Source of the DNA: Chrysomallon squamiferum
Lineage: Eukaryota > Animalia > Mollusca
Direction: 5' to 3'
Assembly (NCBI GenBank): GCA_012295275.1
Contig: CM022668.1
Location: forward strand, 3,534,001-3,598,000
DNA: 64,000 bases
The translations under genes were made by a program, and so were the position numbers. Under the pieces are notes generated by a model. The model worked only from the letters and a program-made list of their open reading frames with translations, had not been told where the DNA came from and searched no databases. Shown piece after piece: positions 57,080-64,000 of this stretch. How positions within the stretch are numbered: the stretch's first letter is position 1; each line of letters starts with the position of its first letter.

Positions 57080-57323
57080 AAATCCTGAATTGAGTAATGT
57101 CGTCTGGAAAACTATATAAATTCTTCTTTCATGGTCTGTTTTATGTTCACTATTCAAAAGTCGGAAATAGGAAGAGTTCATCTATTCTAATTTCCAGCGG
57201 AACAACCTAGAACGCTAGCACATTTATCTGGTTTTAATACAGCTCGGGTAATTTTAAACTGATTGTGGTAGTTATATTTTATAGCTTTTATTGCTTACAA
57301 CATTAACTGTTTACTCAATGAAA

Positions 57324-57374
<51 letters not shown>

Positions 57375-57615
57375 AACCCATAGTTACATGGGCCAAATGC
57401 TCACGTAGCGGACCTCGAACTTGTAAAAGAAATAAAACAATGTCTTAACATTTAATTAATTTTTGACGTCATTACTAATAGTCATGTGTTCTGCCTGACA
57501 AAATTGTATGAAGTATTTTTAAGAAAATAGTATTCGAAAAAAGGAAAACGAAAATTCTTGTATATTAATTATACATGTAAGTTGTAATTATAAATTTTGA
57601 TTTAAATTCAACAAG
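57080..57615 (+). promoter_or_regulatory. Candidate promoter and 5'UTR exon of the fucosyltransferase gene
   Basis: Local CpG enrichment, CGGAA/AGGAAG (ETS-like) motifs at about 57162-57176, TGACGTCA at 57464-57471, and a strong donor AAG|GTAAGA at 57615/57616 upstream of the acceptor at 59024. Confidence 0.3.
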
Positions 57616-58419
57616 GTAAGAATTAATGTCTTTTAACTTAAAATTAAAGTGGTAGTTCATACTGATAAATATTTATCATGAAATGAATTATTGTGCAAAT
57701 AAATAACAAGGCAAATAAATAACAAGACATAAAAAAATAAGAAAAAAAGTTAAAAGCTATTTCGTTTCAATAAAATGTTTATTATGGAAACAAATCGTTT
57801 CGTTTTTGTTTTTTTCTTTCTTTTTTAAATTCAAATTGTTTCGTAAATATATATTAGTAAATTATAGCTCTAGCAAAATTTTGCCGAAGTTTTAGTCTGT
57901 ATGAATTTTTATGATATTCAAACAAATATGTGAGAAAGACCAGTAATATATTATTTGAATAAAATGTATGCTGTAATATACCTATACCGAATATGTAAAG
58001 ATGCATATTTAATTTATTACAGAAAAAAACGTAAGACATCAAGACACTGAAATATTCAAAAACATTTTTCATCATTGCGGCCGCCATTATAATACACAAG
58101 TGAACTAGAATCATAGATGCAGACCCATTGAAATCTATAAAAATCTTTTCACTCTTAAAAAAAGAAAGAAATAAAATTTTAAAAAAGTTTATGTATAATT
58201 CTTAATAATATTTAAATAACATAAATTGGCGGAAAAAAAAGTTTAAATTATTCATAAAGAAAAAAAAAAGCCTTAAATAAAAAAAAACACAACAACAACT
58301 AAACTTCATGTTGTAAAAATAATTTGTCATAACAAAATATATATCAATATTTTAATGGGAAAAGATTATTTATTATAACATTCATATAAATGTTGTGTTT
58401 TGAACATTTTACATTTGAA

Positions 58420-58482
<63 letters not shown>

Positions 58483-58785
58483 AAGTTTTTAATTAGTTTT
58501 GGTATAGTTTTGAAGAAAAAATGACAGTTCATATTTACTCACCAATATTCACTGGACAGACAACATTCTGATCATTGACTTCTTGTCCAACAGTTTTATT
58601 TTGTTGCTCTATGATGTTCTTCTCTGTGAAGTTTTAATCCTTTATATTTAGAAGTATCTGCTTAGTCAGTTAGGGACAAATAATTTTGACTGGAGATTCT
58701 GCATGGTAATTTGAAAATGCAAGTATGACAAACATTGCCAACTTTTGACACAGATTGTTATAATTTCTTTGGAGTTGATATTAAG

Positions 58786-58850
<65 letters not shown>

Positions 58851-59034
58851 GGCACATACACACATATTTTGTGTGTTGATAAACATTGAATGACACCAAT
58901 TATTATTCTTGTTTTCTTTGTTGGTTTGTTATAATTGTTATTAATGTTATTATTGTTATAATTGTTATTAATGTTATTAATATTATTGTTATAATTGTTA
59001 TTAATGTTATTATTATTATTTTAGGACAAGTGTC

Positions 59035-59086
59035 ATGCTGCTAGGACTGATGACAATAGCATCATGGACTTTGTTTGTTTCAGCAG
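59035..59086 (+). CDS. FUT10/11-like coding exon 1 (hydrophobic leader MLLGLMTIASWTLFVSA)
   Basis: Acceptor ttttag| at 59024, ATG at 59035, donor CAG|GTAAT at 59086/7. Phase 1 matches the next exon. Confidence 0.7.
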
Positions 59087-61562
59087 GTAATATCTGTCAA
59101 TCAAGAAAGTAGAAACTTGGTTACATTCAAATAGCCACAGTGACATACAACAAATAAGCCAGGATAACATAACCATATACCCACAGTTTTGTATGCCATA
59201 GTAAAGAGCATTGTCACTCACCACACAGTAATTGAACTTCCATAGTCTCTCTCATACACACAACACAATCTTGTCTCAAATTTTTCACAATCTCTGCTTG
59301 TCACTCTCCATCTTTCTGTGATATCTATTCTTGTATCTACACATAATAAACTAAGAAATAAATGTCTGTTTGATTCAAACACAACAGAGGATTTCAACAA
59401 TGATAAATTTGGGCAAGAGAAAGCCATTAAAGAAAATGTCCCAATTATTGTACTGTGGGAGAGTAAGATGGCAATGACTGCATTCCAGAACTGTGGTGAT
59501 CTTAAATGTTACTTGTCTGCTGACCGGTCACTCATAAATTCATCTGATTTACTGGTAAGTTTTAATGTTTTTGAGAAAACAAAAATACTTGATTTAATTG
59601 TCTACAAATGAAATAGTAATAATGGAAAAGTACTTTAGAAATATCAAATATAATGAATGTTTCTAACAGCTTAGCCTATTTTAAAATTTAATGGTTGTTA
59701 TGGTGAGATGAGGCAGAAATCTGTCATACACAGGCTTTCTTCTTCATTTTAATGTTTGTGATTACGGCTGAAATATCGGATAATGTGATGAACACTAACC
59801 TATTTCATAATTATTAGTAAGTACAGATGAACTAATGAAAGGTATGGGCACTTGCCAGTGTATTGACTGTTATGTACAAACTATCAACACTGACCTGTGT
59901 TAAATGTTTTGTTGTGGCAGGGTAGGTTTCAGTATGAAAATGATGACTAATTCAAACACTTTCAGGGTTTGTGTAAAGAGCAGTGATTATTATAATAATC
60001 AAAAACAGTATAAAGCTGTGAATTAGTTACTTAAAAAAATTCACATTCTGAAGAAGGACATTGTGTCATTCTGTTTTTTTATTTCATTTTTTATTTTATT
60101 TATTTATTTTTTGTTTCAGAAAAAGAGAGACCTGTTAGGAAAATAAAAGAATGTTTTCAAAAGCTGTTTTATGTTAATATTCCCTTTACTTACAATGATT
60201 ACTATTTTGTTTTTCAGATAATTTTGTTTTATGGCACATCCTTTGCAACTGATGGCTTGCCACTGCCAAGACAGGTTAACCACCTCTGGGCTGTGTTTCA
60301 TGAAGAATCACCAAAAAACAATGATTGCTTATTTCAGAATGATATTGTAACAGAACTCTTTAATTACTCAGCATCATTTAAGCGTCAGTCACATTACCCA
60401 TTTCCTACAATGTTTCTTTCAAATCCTGATGACCTGACTGACCTCAGGTATTTGGTGTCACTGAAGGAAAAGAATCGACTGAGGAAAGAAGGATTTGCCC
60501 CCATTGTGGTTGTTCACAGTGACTGCGCTGTTCCATCTGACAGAACCAATTACATAGAAATGTTAATGGATAGAATTCAGGTGGATTCATATGGACAATG
60601 TGCTAATAATAAAAAATTTCCAGAAATGTAAGTGGACAGATTTTGTTAAAGCTTCTACAGTTCCACACAATTAATTTGAAGAGGTTCAAAGACTGTCATT
60701 TTTCAGTTCAGGAGAAATAAGTAAATTAAACCAACTGCTCAAAATCTTTCACATTTAAATAATTATAATAGCACATAGTTTTCATGTGATTGTCAGTTGG
60801 GGTGTTTGTCAAAATAGCCAAATACAAAAATATCTTACATTTTTGAAATATTATTTATTATCTTTCCAATTTTAGTCTTAAATTGTTTGTGTGTGTTTCT
60901 GAAGGAGAGAGAAAAAGAAAAAGAAAAACCAACTGATATAAAAAACTGTTAGTAACTAAGATATGTATTATTTTTTAGCATCTCTGACAGAAGTTTGGAA
61001 AGTAAGGCATTTTTGAAACTTTTATCTCAGTACAAGTTCATACTGTCTTTTGAAAACCACGTCTGTGATGATTATATTACGGAAAAATTGTGGCGGGCAT
61101 ATCATTTGGGAGTAATCCCAATTGTATTTGGTTCACCCAAAATAAAGGTGAGTGATTTCATTGAAAAGATAACTCATTATTATTTAAATAATTTAGAAGT
61201 AAAGAAAAATAGATGGTTAGTTAAGGTAAGAAAGATAGAATTAATAATGTTAGAAATAAAATAATTTAAGAGAGAAAACATTATAATATATATTGTTATA
61301 AAATTTAATTTAAATTTACCTAAAATAAGGGGAAATTAATATCAGTACCAGGAATCTGAAGCAATCCTTTTCAATAATGAATTTCTTTCTTGAATTTTTG
61401 TTGTTATTTGAAGCTAAAATTCTTCTGTCATTGTTGAATCAATCAACAATATTGCTATTAATATGTAAGAATATGTTGTATTTGCTTATTAATGATTTAT
61501 TTTTCATTTTTTTTTCAGAATTTTTTATTAATTTTGTATTTTATTTTAGACACACAACACAC

Positions 61563-61608
<46 letters not shown>

Positions 61609-62951
61609 GCACACATTATTGTGAATAGTGTTAAAATATTTGTTTTACTAACATTTTATCATGCTTTAAAAGAAAAAGGTTAATATTTATTTATTTATTT
61701 GTTTATTTATTTATTTATTTTATTTATTTTATTTATTTTATTTATTTTATTTAAGTTTCACTAGAAATAAATCATAGAATCCAGATTGGCTCCAAATTTT
61801 GTTTCATATATGATAAAACCTTTAATAAAAATACATGTGACATTTATATTACCATCAGACTGGATAAGTAATATAAAAATCACAGTAACTTTAATGACAG
61901 TAATCATTTGAAAAAGAAAAAACAAAACATTTGTGATTATAGAAGTAATACTTTATGTTTTACTCTTTGTTCTGTGTTTATAAATATGAATTATATGTTA
62001 AGTATAACCTATTTAACTTTAAACTAGTCTGAAAGTTTGTTTTGAATCAATAATGCTTTCATGATATTGTCAAAATGCCAGGTCTGGAAAATTAAAATTG
62101 TTATTTTATTATTATTTTGTTTTGAAATATTGTGTTAATGTTTCTTATATTTAAATGTATTGTAAAGTGATCCTATTAATAATGATTTTGTTTACATCAG
62201 TTTAAAAACTGTACAATTAGATACTTCGTTTTCATAAGGTGTATATATAATTATTTATTTGAAATCGCTTAAATATAACATTAACAATGTGAAAATATTT
62301 TATTAGTGAAGACTGATTTAGATCTATCCAGACAAAACTAAAAGTAATGTGAACTATTTAAAAACAAACATGACAGAAATAAGAGTAATATTATCAGATT
62401 CTTTCATTGTACCATTTACTTGTTGTTGTTTTTAATTGTAGGATTATCTTGTTGGTAATGATACTGCACTGGTGATCAATGACTTCAAGTCCATTGATGA
62501 GTTAGTTGAACGAGTCAAATTCCTTGACAACAATGATGAAGAATACAACAAGTATTTGCAGTATAAAAAAACTGGACCCACTAACCCACGACTGGTGAAG
62601 GAGCTGAAGGAACGAGATTGGGGAGTTGGAAAAACACATCTGCTCATGGTTCATGGTTTTACCTGTTTCCTTTGTCAAAAGCTTCACAAACTACGAGAAT
62701 TATATAAACAACATAAACCTCTTCCTGTGTCAGTTGTCCAGCCAGACCATTTTAGTTGCCCAGTGATACAAAAGTTCAACAAACAAGGGCGTTATGAGGA
62801 AAAGATGGAGATGGACATGCTGTGTGGGTTTTCTGAGGCATATGCGACAGTGGTGAGGTCACAGTATGATGCTGGAAAAAATGCCTCATGGCATGAAATT
62901 GTTAAAAAAGCAGAAAAATTATTTAACCCCAAAATACTAGATGAGTTTTGA
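59035..62951 (+). CDS. GT10 family fucosyltransferase, FUT10/FUT11-like (POFUT3/4 group). Spliced CDS join(59035-59086,59388-59554,60218-60627,60979-61147,62442-62951), ~435 aa
   Basis: All four introns are GT-AG with matching phases (1,0,2,0). FUT10/11 signatures: LFYGTSF...LPLPR...WAVFHEESPKNN, FNYSASFKRQSHYP, SDCAVPSDR, IQVDSYGQC. GT10 motif YKFILSFENHVCDDYITEKLWR..LGVIPIVFGSP, then DFKSIDELVERVKFLDNNDEEYNKYL and FTCFLC. FUT10 and FUT11 cannot be distinguished by eye. Confidence 0.93.
59388..59554 (+). CDS. FUT10/11-like coding exon 2
   Basis: acag|AG GAT..., encodes PIIVLW...CGDLKCYLSADRS, donor CTG|GTAAGT. Confidence 0.85.
60218..60627 (+). CDS. FUT10/11-like coding exon 3
   Basis: tttttcag|ATA ATT TTG TTT TAT GGC, contains HEESPKNN, donor AT|GTAAGT. 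Confidence 0.95.
60979..61147 (+). CDS. FUT10/11-like coding exon 4 (GT10 motif)
   Basis: tttttag|C ATC..., encodes YKFILSFEN...YITEKLW, donor AAG|GTGAGT. Confidence 0.95.
62442..62951 (+). CDS. FUT10/11-like terminal coding exon
   Basis: ttgtag|GAT TAT CTT, open to TGA at 62949-62951, ends ...NPKILDEF*. Confidence 0.93.
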   Translation, partial: DYLVGNDTALVINDFKSIDELVERVKFLDNNDEEYNKYLQYKKTGPTNPRLVKELKERDWGVGKTHLLMVHGFTCFLCQKLHKLRELYKQHKPLPVSVVQPDHFSCPVIQKFNKQGRYEEKMEMDMLCGFSEAYATVVRSQYDAGKNASWHEIVKKAEKLFNPKILDEF

Positions 62952-64000
62952 TAATGATCAAAATAATGTTTAACAGAAAAATAGAAACTGAATTCTCATT
63001 GAATTTCATTTGACTTTCATGTAACACTTGTTTAATTTGTTTTTCTTCCAGCATTCTCTTAGATGTTAGGTTCAGGTTTAGATTTATTTCAGTGTTAGAC
63101 TTACTTCTAGTATTATTTCAGTATTAGGACTGCACTTCAAATTACTAAGTTTTTATGCCTTTAGGTGACTTACCATTGTCAAAAACAAAGTATGATAATA
63201 AGTTAACACAAAGCGCAGAAACCTTCTGCCCAGTCTGCCATAATTTCACCACTGTAAAGAAATGATAGTGTTCATATATTTTTAAACTTTACTCTTTACT
63301 TCATTAGTAATTAGGAACAGATGGTAAAATAAAAAAAAAAAAAAAAAAAAAAATAAATAAATAAAAAAAAGTTACAGTTCTTTTACAAATCCCCTAAAAA
63401 ATGTAGGCTGTGCATACCCATTAACCTGTTTAGACTCTTTCTTTTATAAACCAAATATAAACTTTTAAAGTCAGTCTTGTTTTTATTCTTATACCAAGTG
63501 AACACCTCCATTTAGATAAGACTTTCACATCATTTTATAGATATCTCAGCATTTTTAAATATGTAACATTATATTTAATATTCAGCCATTTATTAATGGT
63601 GAAAAATAATTAACCAACACCAGAGAATAATAAACAAAAACACTGAACAGATGATTCTTCTGTTTTTCAAAATCTGTTTTAATAACTCGTTCACGCTTCA
63701 TTTGTAAGTGTCTATTGTATTGTTTCCAGTATAGAAAACTCCTGCAATATGCATATCACTGATGTGAAACTAGCTTATTTCTGTAGAAAATTATTTATCA
63801 TCTGCAAATGATGCCTGAAGTGTTATATGTATTTATGCATTAAATTTGTAAAGATTCTATTTAAGTCAATAAAGGTTATAATTACAGTCACTTCCTTTTT
63901 TTCTTCACTTTTCTTTCTTTTACCAACAAATAGTGTTTAAAAAAGAAATGCAGTCTTTATAATTCTTGTCTTTAAAATTCATCATTCTGAAGGCTTGATC

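Overview
This is AT-rich, microsatellite-dense eukaryotic (animal) genomic DNA. The repeat types and spliced genes suggest an invertebrate, possibly a mollusc, but that is inference. One protein-coding gene can be reconstructed with confidence: a 5-coding-exon GT10 FUT10/FUT11-like fucosyltransferase on the + strand (59035-62951, about 435 aa, all splice phases consistent). It has a signal-peptide-like N-terminus and ends in a KDEL-like -LDEF. A second, unidentified gene probably starts on the - strand at position 102 and runs off the left edge. Mobile elements are a decayed LINE 3' fragment (~580-1450), a decayed Penelope-like retroelement (~21.9-24.8 kb) with an SGNH-esterase-like region, RT and GIY-YIG endonuclease in an unusual motif order, and a 121-bp hAT-like MITE. 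The rest is non-coding: a 5.3-kb GGTAT/GGTGT satellite, minisatellites with 22, 26, 30, 33-39 and 57-bp units, many microsatellites, and several candidate regulatory islands. Almost all long ORFs in the supplied track are repeat artefacts. I found no rRNA, tRNA or CRISPR array.
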